Part shown: positions 8,906 through 18,913 of the stretch, piece after piece
Numbering within the stretch: the first letter of the stretch is position 1
How the letters are laid out: each line of letters begins with the position of its first letter
NCBI GenBank assembly: GCA_027490955.1
Contig: JAIXXB010000032.1
Span: 60,102 to 124,101, forward strand
From: Rhodobacter sp.
Lineage (GTDB): Bacteria; Pseudomonadota; Alphaproteobacteria; Rhodobacterales; Rhodobacteraceae
DNA length: 64,000 bases
Reading direction: 5' to 3'
The notes under the pieces: generated by a model
Seen by the model: only the letters and a program-made list of their open reading frames with translations
Databases searched by the model: none
Told to the model about the DNA's origin: nothing
Position numbers and translations under genes: made by a program

Positions 8906-11214
8906 TGGGCTTTGATGCGGCCAGCATTGCGCGCGACAATATCGCCGTAATTTGGGTGGATGACATGATTGATGTCTTCACATGGCGCCATGCCTTTGGC
9001 ATCCCAATTCTGACACCTAACCTTGATCGGCTGATGTCGGCGGGTGTACGCTTTGGCAATGCCTATGCCACAGTGCCGCTTTGCGCACCTTGCCGCGCCG
9101 AACTCGCCACAGGTCTGTCGCCCTTTCGCACTGGGCTGGTGGATTTAAACCGCTTTTGGCGGCAGGTGCTGCCACCGCAAAAGGCATGGGCCTATGACCT
9201 GCGCCGCGCGGGCTTTTATACCTTTACCACGGGCAAGGTCGATGCCACCTATCGCCCTATGCCCGAAAAATACCGCCGAGTGCTGTTTCACGAAGATGTG
9301 CCCTGCGCGGATAAAAATGGGCGCAGTCGCATCAAAGAATATCTTGACCGCGGCCCGGGGATTAAGGGCGTCAACCACCCCAATGATGATGGGGCGCAAG
9401 ACCATCTGTTCTATGATTACGATGTGGCACAAAACGCCATAGACCTGTTGCAGCGCGCTGACCCCAGCCGCAGGCATCTGATTCAACTGGGGTTCAAACA
9501 TCCGCATTACAATCTGGAATGCCCCGACCGCTTTTATCAAATGTATGACGCGGCAGCTATCCGTTGGCCCGAAATCGCAGCAGCCGAAGATTACTATGGC
9601 CCCCAGCAGGGCTTTGCCGTCTATGAGGCCGCCTATATCGCCAATGGCAATTGGACGCCTGAAAAAGCAGGCGATGAAGGCTGGCGGCAAGTGGTGCGTG
9701 CCTATTTTGCCGCCGTCAGCCATGTTGACCATGAAATCGGGCGGTTTTTGGATGCGCTTGCCGCATCGCCCTTGGGCGATAACACCACTGTGATTTTTCT
9801 GTCTGACAATGGCTTTAACCTTGGCAACCACGACAGCTTTCATAAAATGAGCCAATGGGACAGCGCAGCCCATGTGCCACTGGGTATTTATTCGCCGCGG
9901 ATGGGCGGGCAGGGGCGGGTGATTGATACCCCCGTATCCCTGCACAATTTCGCCAAAACTGTGATGCAACTGGCAGGCCTGCCGCCGCGCCCCGATTGGG
10001 TGTCAGGACAAAGCCTGCTGCCGCTGATCGATGCCAGCTTTGGGTCATATGATTACAGCAAATCGCCCGTCACGTCGGTTTTTGGCACGTTGTCAGTGCG
10101 CCCTTCGGTGGCGGGCTATCAGCAATATCGCTATTTCCGCTATCCCAATGGCGAGGAGCATATCTATGACATCGTCGCCGATCCGGGCGAGACGACGAAT
10201 CTTGTGGCCTCTGCCCCGCTCGAGTTTTTGCGCAGCGAATTGGTGCGCGGCGCGCTGGACTTGGGGCTGGATTTGCGCGGGTTTGAAAACCCCGCAGATG
10301 GGGTCAATGCGATGATGGCTGTTGACGGGTCGGTGGTGCTGGAAGGCACGCGCGGCGGTGACAGCTATTGGGCCTATGGCGCCGATGCCGAGAAAATCCG
10401 CGAGTCCAAAGACGGCGGCAATGACACGCTGTGGTATATGGGCGGGCCTGACAATTATGTGCTGCATTGCCCGATGAATGTGGAAAACATCCGCATTGCG
10501 ACAGTGGTCGCGCGGCACGAAACCAACCCAAAGGACGAAGGCCGCACCCTGCGCATCGTCGCCCATCCCGACAGCCCCATCCATTTTGAAACATCCGAGA
10601 GGGTTCTTGTGGATGTGCGCGGATCGCGCGGGGATGACGTGCTGATTGGCCCCAAATATGGCGGGGCTACATTTTACGGCGGGGATGGGGATGATCGCCT
10701 GATTGCCATCGCCAAACTTCCCACCGCGCGCCATGCGTTTTATGGCGGTGCGGGCAATGACCATCTGCAAGGCGGCGGCGGGCGTGATGTTCTGGATGGT
10801 GGCACAGGCGACGATACGATTTATGCAGGGGATGCGCGCAATGTGATCTTTGCAGGCCATGGCAATGATTGGATCGAAGGGGGGGATGGCTCTTCGGTCA
10901 TTCACACAGGGCCGGGCCGAAACCGCGTCAAGCTGGGCCGCGGTAATGACACGCTGCACATTGGCACAGGTGTTTCCCATGTTGCGGCAGCGGGCGGCAA
11001 CACCGTCTTTGTGCCTGCCTATGGCGGCGTGACGCTGGTGGATAAATGGGCGGCGGGGCAGGTCTATGATTTCAGCACTTGGCCTGCGCGCCCGCAGATG
11101 ACGCGACACGGCGATGTGGCCGAATTCACCTTGGGCCTGTCGATCTTGCGGGTGATGGGGGTGGCTGAAGGGGCAGATGTGATGGGGCAGGCCAAATGGG
11201 GCGAGGGCGGCTGA
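8905..11214 (+). CDS. Formylglycine-dependent sulfatase fused to C-terminal RTX (hemolysin-type Ca-binding) repeats
   Basis: VDDM metal motif, LCAPCRAELATG (CxPxR), TPNLDRL, SDNGFNLG and HVPL motifs. C-terminal GGxGxD nonapeptides (GGDGDD, GGAGND, GGGGRD, GGTGDD, AGHGND). No signal peptide. Confidence 0.85.
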   Translation: MGFDAASIARDNIAVIWVDDMIDVFTWRHAFGIPILTPNLDRLMSAGVRFGNAYATVPLCAPCRAELATGLSPFRTGLVDLNRFWRQVLPPQKAWAYDLRRAGFYTFTTGKVDATYRPMPEKYRRVLFHEDVPCADKNGRSRIKEYLDRGPGIKGVNHPNDDGAQDHLFYDYDVAQNAIDLLQRADPSRRHLIQLGFKHPHYNLECPDRFYQMYDAAAIRWPEIAAAEDYYGPQQGFAVYEAAYIANGNWTPEKAGDEGWRQVVRAYFAAVSHVDHEIGRFLDALAASPLGDNTTVIFLSDNGFNLGNHDSFHKMSQWDSAAHVPLGIYSPRMGGQGRVIDTPVSLHNFAKTVMQLAGLPPRPDWVSGQSLLPLIDASFGSYDYSKSPVTSVFGTLSVRPSVAGYQQYRYFRYPNGEEHIYDIVADPGETTNLVASAPLEFLRSELVRGALDLGLDLRGFENPADGVNAMMAVDGSVVLEGTRGGDSYWAYGADAEKIRESKDGGNDTLWYMGGPDNYVLHCPMNVENIRIATVVARHETNPKDEGRTLRIVAHPDSPIHFETSERVLVDVRGSRGDDVLIGPKYGGATFYGGDGDDRLIAIAKLPTARHAFYGGAGNDHLQGGGGRDVLDGGTGDDTIYAGDARNVIFAGHGNDWIEGGDGSSVIHTGPGRNRVKLGRGNDTLHIGTGVSHVAAAGGNTVFVPAYGGVTLVDKWAAGQVYDFSTWPARPQMTRHGDVAEFTLGLSILRVMGVAEGADVMGQAKWGEGG

Positions 11215-11576
11215 CCGCCTATTGTGTCACGCGCGGGCATAGTCGCGGCGCAACAGCCGCCAAATGTTTTGGCTCAGTTTTGCGGGCGCATATCCGCAAA
11301 GACAGTTTGGTTAACCCAGCGCGGTTCTGATCGGGCGACACCGCACCAGTCGGCTGGGTTTTGGAACATGGCGCGAAGTGGTAGCCCGATATCTTCGCAG
11401 CGAAAAGGCCCTTACCTGATTGAAGATCGCGAAGGTTTAAGGCGCGAAGAATGGGCGCAGATGATACCTTCGTCAGACAAGCCCAAACACTGGCATAAAG
11501 GCGTTAAGGGGTCAGGCGGGTGTCGCCCCCGCCCTTGGTGCTGCGATACGCGTATACAGCTGCGGCGTTGGGCGCG

Positions 11577-13844
11577 CTACCCACACTTACTATTGCCACA
11601 ACTGCCACAGGTCATGCACCCTTCGACCATGCGCAGATCAAGCGATCCGCAGGCATCGCAACTGGCGCGGGGGCCATCGCCCACGGCCATCGCCTGCGCC
11701 TTTGGATCAGATTTCAGGCCCAGCCCCTCGCCCGCGATAAAGCCAATGGCCACCAGATGCTGCTCGATCACCCCGCCGATCGCCGCCAGAATAGACGGGA
11801 TATAGGCCCCGTTCACCCAAGCCCCGCCGCGCGGATCGAACACAGCCTTCAGCTCTTCGACCACAAAAGACACATCGCCGCCACGACGAAACACGGCAGA
11901 GATCATCCGCGTCAGCGCGACTGTCCACGCAAAATGCTCCATGTTTTTGGAATTGATAAACACCTCAAACGGGCGGCGGCGGCCTGCGATGATGGTATCA
12001 TTGATGGTAATATACAGCGCATGTTCGTTCATCGGCCATTTCACCTTGTAGGTTGCGCCTTCCAATGCGGCGGGCCGTTCTAAAGGTTCAGACAGATAGA
12101 CTACTTCGCCCATCGGCGGGGCCTGCGGCGCTGGCGCAGCCTTGATGGTTTCGCTGACCGACAGCACAGAGCCCGTCACAGCATTGGGGCGGTAGGTGGT
12201 ACAGCCTTTGCAGCCCTGATCCCAAGCGGCCATATACACCTCGGCAAAATCATCAAAGCTGATGTCTTCGGGGCAATTGATGGTCTTGGAAATAGAACTG
12301 TCGATCCAGCGCTGGGCGGCTGCCTGCATCTTGACATGATCCAAGGGCGGCAGGGTTTGCGCGTTGACAAAATGATCTGGCAGCGGGGCATCGCCATGCA
12401 ATTCGCGCCACTTTGCCACGGCGTAATCAACGACCTCTTCTTCACTGCGCGAGCCGTCTTTTTGCAACACTTTGCGCGTGTAGGCATAGGCAAACACAGG
12501 TTCGATCCCAGAAGAGACATTGCCCGCATATAGGCTGATCGTGCCAGTGGGCGCGATGGATGTCAGCAGCGCGTTGCGAATACCATGGGTGCGGATCGCA
12601 TCGCGCACATCCGCATCCATGGCCCGCATTGTGCCCGAATCCAAATACTTATCCGCATCAAACAGCGGAAAAGCCCCTTTTTCGCGCGCCAAATCGACCG
12701 AGGCCAGATAGGCGCTGCGGGCGATGGCATGCATCCAGTCTTCGCATTGCTGTGCGGCCGCATCGCTGCCATAGCGCAGGCCCAGCATCAGCAGCGCATC
12801 TGCCAGCCCCGTCACCCCCAGCCCAATGCGCCGCTTGGCCTGCGCCTCGGCGGCCTGCTGGGGCAGAGGAAAGCGCGAGGCATCAACCACATTATCCATC
12901 ATCCGCACTGCTGTGCGCACAAGATCATCCAAGGCGGCTGTGTCCATTTTGGCGTCAGTCGTAAAGGCATCCTTTACCAGCACGGCCAAATTGATACTGC
13001 CCAAAAGGCAGGCACCATAGGGGGGCAGGGGCTGCTCGCCGCAAGGATTGGTTGCTGCGATGGTTTCAACGTAATTGAGATTATTCGCCGCATTGATGCG
13101 GTCGATGAAAATCACGCCTGGTTCGGCGAATTCATAGGTGTTGCGCATGATCTTATTCCACAGATCGCGCGCTTGCACTGTTTGATAGACGCGCCCGCCA
13201 TGGGTTAAATCCCATGGGCCATCGGCCTTGACAGCGTCCATAAACGGGTCGGTGACCAGCACCGAAAGGTTGAACATACGCAGGCGGGCAGGGTCGCGTT
13301 TCGCCTCGATGAAGGCTTCGATATCAGGGTGATCGCAGCGCAGCGTGGCCATCATCGCCCCGCGGCGGCTGCCCGCCGACATGATCGTGCGGCACATCGC
13401 ATCCCAAACATCCATGAATGACAAAGGGCCAGAGGCATCTGCGGCAACGCCCATCACGGCAGCACCGCGCGGGCGGATGGTGGAAAAATCATATCCAATC
13501 CCACCGCCTTGCTGCATGGTCAGCGCCGCCTCGCGCAGGGCATCGAAAATGCCGCCCATGCTGTCGGGGATCGTGCCCATCACAAAGCAGTTAAACAGCG
13601 TGACCGACCGCCCCGTGCCCGCCCCTGCCAAAATACGGCCTGCGGGCAAGTATTTGAACCCTTCTAGGGCCGCGTAAAACTTTTCCTCCCACGCAGCGGG
13701 GTCTTTTTCCACCGATGCCAAATCGCGCGCCACGCGCCGCCACGTGTCTTGCACTGTGGCATCAATCGGCGTGCCGCTTGCATCCTTTAGGCGGTATTTC
13801 ATATCCCAAATCTGGGCGGCAATCGGCGCGGAAAAGCTGGACAT
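11577..13844 (-). CDS. nrdJ: Adenosylcobalamin-dependent (class II) ribonucleotide reductase
   Basis: TLFNCFV, ATNPCGEQPL, SIAPTGTISL and KGCTTYR motifs, plus C-terminal Cys cluster CDAC..CMTCGSCGNSKC. Confidence 0.95.
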   Translation of the reverse strand: MSSFSAPIAAQIWDMKYRLKDASGTPIDATVQDTWRRVARDLASVEKDPAAWEEKFYAALEGFKYLPAGRILAGAGTGRSVTLFNCFVMGTIPDSMGGIFDALREAALTMQQGGGIGYDFSTIRPRGAAVMGVAADASGPLSFMDVWDAMCRTIMSAGSRRGAMMATLRCDHPDIEAFIEAKRDPARLRMFNLSVLVTDPFMDAVKADGPWDLTHGGRVYQTVQARDLWNKIMRNTYEFAEPGVIFIDRINAANNLNYVETIAATNPCGEQPLPPYGACLLGSINLAVLVKDAFTTDAKMDTAALDDLVRTAVRMMDNVVDASRFPLPQQAAEAQAKRRIGLGVTGLADALLMLGLRYGSDAAAQQCEDWMHAIARSAYLASVDLAREKGAFPLFDADKYLDSGTMRAMDADVRDAIRTHGIRNALLTSIAPTGTISLYAGNVSSGIEPVFAYAYTRKVLQKDGSRSEEEVVDYAVAKWRELHGDAPLPDHFVNAQTLPPLDHVKMQAAAQRWIDSSISKTINCPEDISFDDFAEVYMAAWDQGCKGCTTYRPNAVTGSVLSVSETIKAAPAPQAPPMGEVVYLSEPLERPAALEGATYKVKWPMNEHALYITINDTIIAGRRRPFEVFINSKNMEHFAWTVALTRMISAVFRRGGDVSFVVEELKAVFDPRGGAWVNGAYIPSILAAIGGVIEQHLVAIGFIAGEGLGLKSDPKAQAMAVGDGPRASCDACGSLDLRMVEGCMTCGSCGNSKCG

Positions 13845-13891
13845 CAGGCCCCCTTGGCAACAGCAGAACGTGGTGCGGAAATCTGGCAGAG

Positions 13892-13922
13892 GCACAAGAT
13901 AGCGGGGGATAACATATAGGGC
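13892..13922. promoter_or_regulatory. Candidate NrdR box(es) upstream of nrdJ
   Basis: GCACAAGATAGCGGGG and GGATAACATATAGGGC partially match the acaCwAtATaTwGtgt consensus. Their spacing (15 bp) is atypical. Confidence 0.35.
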
Positions 13923-13972
13923 AAGCCTTGTTGCCGCGACCAATCAGGCTATCATGCGTAGCAGAGGGAATA

Positions 13973-14401
13973 ATGAGCCATATAAATATCATCAAACTAT
14001 GTGTCGGCTGCGAAAGCATCGAAGATCTGTTGACGTGGCGCGCGGCCCACACCCATTTGTGGCCCAAAGGCACGAATGTTCACGTCACCCGCATGTTTCC
14101 AAAACGTGTGCACGAGGTGCTGTCGGGCGGCAGTCTGTATTGGATCATCAAGGGCGAGGTGCTGCTGCGCCAGCGCATCCTTGATTTGACCGAAATGCGC
14201 GGCAGTGATGGTATCTTGCGCTGCGGCATTGTGATGGATGAGGAGGTAATCCGCACCCATCCCACGCCGCGCCGCGCCTTTCAGGGCTGGCGATATCTCG
14301 AGGCCGCAGACAGCCCGCCCGATCTGCCCAAAGGCCGCGCAACCGAGGCCCCTTTGCCGCAAGATTTGGCCCGCGCCTTGGCGGAAATGGGCCTGCGCTA
14401 G
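13973..14401 (+). CDS. DUF1489 family protein
   Basis: IIKLCVG, HVTRMFPKR, GGSLYWIIKG and RAFQGWRYL motifs. Confidence 0.9.
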   Translation: MSHINIIKLCVGCESIEDLLTWRAAHTHLWPKGTNVHVTRMFPKRVHEVLSGGSLYWIIKGEVLLRQRILDLTEMRGSDGILRCGIVMDEEVIRTHPTPRRAFQGWRYLEAADSPPDLPKGRATEAPLPQDLARALAEMGLR

Positions 14402-14407
14402 GCCGCG

Positions 14408-15103
14408 CTACAGCCCCAGTTTGGCCAGCAGGGCCGCGCGCGCGCCGTCCAGCCCCGCCCAATCGGCGCGCAAGCTGGCGTAAAGCGTGGCTTGGCTTTG
14501 ATGGATCACGGCGTCTTGCAACACCTTAAGATGGTTGGCGCGCAGCGTCTCGCCCGAAGAGGTGATATCCGCAATCGCCTCGGCTGTGCCGTTTTTGACA
14601 GTGCCTTCGGTGGCACCTTGACTATCGACCAGTTGATAATCTGCCACGCCCTGCGCGGTAAGATACTCGCGCACCAGCCTGTGGTATTTGGTGGCAATGC
14701 GCAGGCGAAAGCCGTGGGCGGCGCGAAAGGCCGCAGCAGTGGCATCCAGATCGTCGATGGTTTCCACATCAATCCAGACCGCGGGCACGGCCAGAATCAA
14801 ATCGGCATGGCCAAACCCCATGGGGGCCAATTCTTGTGCCTGCATCTGCCATTCTGCCAGCTTATCGCGCAGCAAATCGCTGCCTGTCACACCGATATGA
14901 ATGCGTCCTGCGGCCAATTCACGCGGAATCTCGCCCGCTGACAGCAAGACCAGCTCTAACCCATCCATGCCCGAGACGGCCCCTGCATATTCGCGCGCCT
15001 CACCCGATTGGCGCATGGCAAGGCCGCGCGCACCAAACCAATCAAAGGTCTGCTCCATCAAGCGGCCCTTGGATGGAACGCCGATTTTCAACGATCTGCT
15101 CAT
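14408..15103 (-). CDS. hisG: ATP phosphoribosyltransferase, short form
   Basis: GVPSKGRL, RIATKY, GATE and ADITSSGETL motifs. Confidence 0.95.
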   Translation of the reverse strand: MSRSLKIGVPSKGRLMEQTFDWFGARGLAMRQSGEAREYAGAVSGMDGLELVLLSAGEIPRELAAGRIHIGVTGSDLLRDKLAEWQMQAQELAPMGFGHADLILAVPAVWIDVETIDDLDATAAAFRAAHGFRLRIATKYHRLVREYLTAQGVADYQLVDSQGATEGTVKNGTAEAIADITSSGETLRANHLKVLQDAVIHQSQATLYASLRADWAGLDGARAALLAKLGL

Positions 15104-16209
15104 AGCGCCCCCCGCAAGGCCGCCACCAAATGCGGGCGGATCACGCCTCCCACAGCAGGGATGGACCGCCCCCCGCCCAAGACTTGGGTCAGCGCGTCAT
15201 AGCGCCCGCCGCTGGCATAGGGCGGCAGGTCGGCCCCGCCCGTGAAGGCAAACACAAAGCCGTCGTAATATTCCATGGACGCACGGCCGAGGCTTGCCTC
15301 AAAGGGCAGGCGGGCCGTGTCAATGCCGCGCGCGCGCAGGGCAATCAGGCGCTGGGCAAAGCGGCGGGTTGCGCCATCAAGGCTCGGCATATGCTGCGCC
15401 ATCATTTGCAATTGGCTCAAGGCCGCATCGCAAGGCGCGGCCAGCGCCAGCAGGCTGGTGAGCAATTCGGCCTCTTGGGCGGGGATGGGCGGGGTTTTGG
15501 CATCTTGCAGCAGAGCCTGCGCGCGCGCGGCGATTTCAGCCGCACTGCGCAAACCGATCATCGGGGCGGCATCGGCGATTTGGGCAGCAATATCGCCGCG
15601 TGCCAATCTGTCCAGCAGCGCCACCCGCGCAGGGGGGGCAGGGCTGCGCGCGGCAAATCGGTTGAGCAGGGCCAGAAACCGCTGCGGTCGCCAAATGTGG
15701 CGCAACAGTGCCGCCTTGCGCGCGGGGGTGGTTGCCAGCCCCTGCACTGCGGCAAGCAGAATGCCCATATCACCTGTGACAGCGCGCAAAGGCAGGCCAT
15801 CCAGCGCGCCTGCAATCAGCGCAAAGACTTCGGCATCGGCGGCCTCGGGCGCAGTTCGGTCGAACACCTCGAAGCCGACTTGCAGATATTCAGGTGGCCG
15901 CGCGCCGCTGACATCGGCCAGATGATCTTGGGCGCGAAACACCTCGCCCATATAGCAATAACGCGCGGGATCAGCCCCGCCTTGCATATGCGCCTGCACC
16001 ACGGGCACAGTGAAATCAGGGCGCAGCATCATTTCGCCGCGCACAGGGTCATGGGTGACATAGGCGCGCGCGCGGATATCTTCGCCATATAGGTCCAGCA
16101 GCGTTTCAGCGGGCAGCAGAATGTCTGCATCCACAGGCTGCGCGCCTGCTGCCTGAAACAATGTGAACAGGCGGTCAGCCTCTAGACGGATGGCGGTTTT
16201 GGATACCAT
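15100..16209 (-). CDS. hisZ: ATP phosphoribosyltransferase regulatory subunit
   Basis: LRPDFTVP, EYLQVGFE, YYDGFVF and GGRYD motifs. Located between hisS and hisG. Confidence 0.92.
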   Translation of the reverse strand: MVSKTAIRLEADRLFTLFQAAGAQPVDADILLPAETLLDLYGEDIRARAYVTHDPVRGEMMLRPDFTVPVVQAHMQGGADPARYCYMGEVFRAQDHLADVSGARPPEYLQVGFEVFDRTAPEAADAEVFALIAGALDGLPLRAVTGDMGILLAAVQGLATTPARKAALLRHIWRPQRFLALLNRFAARSPAPPARVALLDRLARGDIAAQIADAAPMIGLRSAAEIAARAQALLQDAKTPPIPAQEAELLTSLLALAAPCDAALSQLQMMAQHMPSLDGATRRFAQRLIALRARGIDTARLPFEASLGRASMEYYDGFVFAFTGGADLPPYASGGRYDALTQVLGGGRSIPAVGGVIRPHLVAALRGAL

Positions 16210-16216
16210 GCGCGCG

Positions 16217-17752
16217 CTACTTTCCGCCACCCAGCATTTTTTGCACCGCCGCCACCAAATCAGTGCGCGGCACTTCCACCTGCGCGGGGCGACCTTTCCA
16301 TTCCTCTAACGTGGCATTTTGGGCGATCTGCGCGCCAAGGATCAGGTCTTTCAGAACGATTGTTCCTTTTGCTGCCTCATCCCCGCCTTGGATAACTGCA
16401 ATCGGGCTTGCCCGCTTGTCGGCGTATTTAAGTTGGTTGCCAAATTGCTTTGGGTTGCCAAGGTATACTTCCGCGCGGATGCCAGCGCTGCGCAACTCGC
16501 CCACCATGGCCATATAGTCCGCCATGCGCTCACGATCCATCACCGTCACAACCACCGGCCCCGCACTATCAACCGCCCCGCGCCCTTTTGCCGTAAGGGC
16601 AGCAAGCAGGCGGTCAACACCAATGGAAACGCCCGTTGCGGGCACAGCCTGCCCCGTAAAGCGTTTGACCAAATCGTCATAACGCCCGCCCCCCGCAACC
16701 GAACCAAACTGCCGCTTGCGCCCCTTTTCATCAAGGATTTCAAAGGTAAGCTCGGCCTCATATACAGGGCCTGTGTAATAGCCCAGCCCGCGCACAACGC
16801 CAGGATCAAGGATAATGCGGTCAGGGCCATAGCCTTGGGCTGCGAGAAGGGCGGCAATCTCGGAAAGTTCATTCACCCCTTCGGTGCCGATGGCTGAATG
16901 ACCAACAAGTTCGCGCAAACGCGCCAAGGTGGCAGGCCCTGTCTCGCGGCGGGCGGCGGTGAAACCCATCACAACATCCGCCTGCGCCTCACTGAGCCCC
17001 GCTCCTTTGGCGAAATCGCCGCTTTCATCTTTGCGCCCCGCGCCCAGCAGCGCGCGCACGCCTTCGGTCCCCAAACGATCAAACTTGTCAATTGCGCGCA
17101 GAACAATCCCGCGCTCTTCGGCGTGTTTGTCAGGGTCAAACGAGTCAAGCACCCCTGCCACCTCCATCACGCCGTTCAATACTTTACGATTGTTCACTTT
17201 GATGACGTAATCACCGCGATCAATGCCCGCTGCCTCCAGCGCATCGGCCAGCATGGCGCAAATCTCGGCGTCGGCTGCCACACTTGCCGCCCCTATTGTA
17301 TCGGCATCGCATTGGTAAAACTGGCGAAACCGCCCTGGCCCTGGTTTTTCATTGCGCCAAACGGGGCCAAAGGCATAGCGGCGATATGGCGTGGGCAAGT
17401 CGTTGCGATATTGGGCTGCGACACGCGCCAAAGGCGCGGTCAGATCATAGCGTAGGGCCAGCCAATCTGCGCCCTCTGCCTCATTTTCCTGCCAGCCGAA
17501 TACCCCTTCATTCGGACGATCCACATCGGGCAGAAACTTGCCCAAAGCCTCAACTGTTTCAACGGCGCTGGTCTCCAAAGGGTCAAAACCATAGCGATGA
17601 TAGACCGCCGTGATGGCCGCCAGCATATCGCGCCGCGCGGTCACCTCTGCCCCAAAATAATCGCGAAATCCGCGCGGGGTTTCGGCACGGGGGCGGCGCT
17701 CGGCCTTTGGTTTTTTCTGACCCGATTTTGCCCCCAAATTTTCGTCAGACAT
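16217..17752 (-). CDS. hisS: Histidine--tRNA ligase
   Basis: [36 protein letters not shown] and GGGRYD motifs. Confidence 0.97.
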   Translation of the reverse strand: MSDENLGAKSGQKKPKAERRPRAETPRGFRDYFGAEVTARRDMLAAITAVYHRYGFDPLETSAVETVEALGKFLPDVDRPNEGVFGWQENEAEGADWLALRYDLTAPLARVAAQYRNDLPTPYRRYAFGPVWRNEKPGPGRFRQFYQCDADTIGAASVAADAEICAMLADALEAAGIDRGDYVIKVNNRKVLNGVMEVAGVLDSFDPDKHAEERGIVLRAIDKFDRLGTEGVRALLGAGRKDESGDFAKGAGLSEAQADVVMGFTAARRETGPATLARLRELVGHSAIGTEGVNELSEIAALLAAQGYGPDRIILDPGVVRGLGYYTGPVYEAELTFEILDEKGRKRQFGSVAGGGRYDDLVKRFTGQAVPATGVSIGVDRLLAALTAKGRGAVDSAGPVVVTVMDRERMADYMAMVGELRSAGIRAEVYLGNPKQFGNQLKYADKRASPIAVIQGGDEAAKGTIVLKDLILGAQIAQNATLEEWKGRPAQVEVPRTDLVAAVQKMLGGGK

Positions 17753-17824
17753 GGCTTTGCCCTTTGGTTTTTGTTCAACCTGCTGTAGCGGATGGGGAAG
17801 GGCGGGGCAAGTAGCGGGGCGCGC

Positions 17825-18025
17825 ATGACCAATATCACAGCACTGGAAGAACGTATTGCGCATCTGATGCGTGCGGTCGATGATTTGTCGGATATTGTGG
17901 CCTCCCAAGGGCGCGAGATTGACCGCCTGACACGGCTGACAGAAATGCTGGCCCTGCGCGAGGCCGAGCGCGAACAAGAAGCTCTTGATGCGCCCGCCGT
18001 CAATCAGCGCCCGCCCCATTGGTGA
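17825..18025 (+). CDS. slyX: SlyX family protein
   Basis: [21 protein letters not shown] and the terminal PPHW motif. Confidence 0.9.
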   Translation: MTNITALEERIAHLMRAVDDLSDIVASQGREIDRLTRLTEMLALREAEREQEALDAPAVNQRPPHW

Positions 18026-18077
18026 TTTTGCGCGCCCGCGCCTTGTATGCGGGCAAGTGAGGGGCCACATTCCGCAT

Positions 18078-18836
18078 ATGAGCAAGCTGCCCACTGTTCC
18101 TAACCCCGACCTTGACCGCGCGATTGCCGAATTGGCCCGCGCTTATCGGCGCGCAAATGGCCCTGTGATTGGGCTGATGCAGCGCTTTGGCGGCACGCTG
18201 GAATCGCAGATGAACCGCCTGCCGCCGCAGGTTCGCGTGCAGATGGAACGGGCTATCGTGGCAGTGCTGATGCAGGCGCATTCTTTGGCAGGCCACAGTG
18301 AAAGGGGCCCGCAATTGGGCCGCACAGGGGTAATGGCCGCGGCCATGACCACGGGCGCCGCAGGCGGGGCAGGGGGGCTGGCCAGCTCGCTTGTGGAATT
18401 ACCCATCACCATCACGGTGTTTTTGCATGCCATCAGGGCAGAGGCCCGCAGCGCAGGTTTTGATCCCGACAGCGATGGTATCCGCGCCGCCTGCCTAGAG
18501 GTGTTTTCCGATGCCAGCCCTTTGCGCCAAGATGACGGCATGAACACCGCCTTTTTATCTGCCCGCCTTGCGCTGACGGGGCCTGCGGTGCATAAAATCA
18601 TCGCCACAGTCGCACCGCGCTTGGCATTGGTCTTGGGCCAAAAGCTGGCCGCGCAAACTGTGCCGATTTTGGGCGCGGCAACAGGGGCAGCGATCAATGC
18701 GGCCTATCTGTCCTATTACCGCGAAATCGCGCGCATCCGCTTTGCCTTGATGCGCCTTGCGCAAAGCCACGGCGGCGAGGCTGTAGCCAAAGCCTTCGAA
18801 TCCGCCTGCACACCCAAAATCACCAAGGCGCGCTGA
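18078..18836 (+). CDS. EcsC family protein
   Basis: [35 protein letters not shown] and RFALMRL patterns. Confidence 0.75.
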   Translation: MSKLPTVPNPDLDRAIAELARAYRRANGPVIGLMQRFGGTLESQMNRLPPQVRVQMERAIVAVLMQAHSLAGHSERGPQLGRTGVMAAAMTTGAAGGAGGLASSLVELPITITVFLHAIRAEARSAGFDPDSDGIRAACLEVFSDASPLRQDDGMNTAFLSARLALTGPAVHKIIATVAPRLALVLGQKLAAQTVPILGAATGAAINAAYLSYYREIARIRFALMRLAQSHGGEAVAKAFESACTPKITKAR

Positions 18837-18840
18837 TGGT

Positions 18841-18912
18841 TTCTTCTTTTTCCAAGTATCCCGGGGGTGAACCTGTTTGCCCCTTTGCAAACAGGTGAGG
18901 GGGCTGGCCCCC
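18841..18912 (+). repeat. Interspersed structured repeat, copy A
   Basis: TTCTTCTTTTTCCAAGTATCCCGGGG leader, GTGA, hairpin ACCTGTTTGC/GCAAACAGGT, then GGGGGCTGGCCCCC hairpin. Confidence 0.85.
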
Positions 18913-18913
18913 T

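Noticed and set aside
11224-11805. 193-aa plus-strand ORF
   Set aside because: It overlaps the nrdJ 3' end antisense, has no recognisable motifs and has an atypical composition.
11577-13844. Intein or group I/II intron in nrdJ
   Set aside because: The ORF is continuous at normal length, with no splicing or homing-endonuclease motifs.
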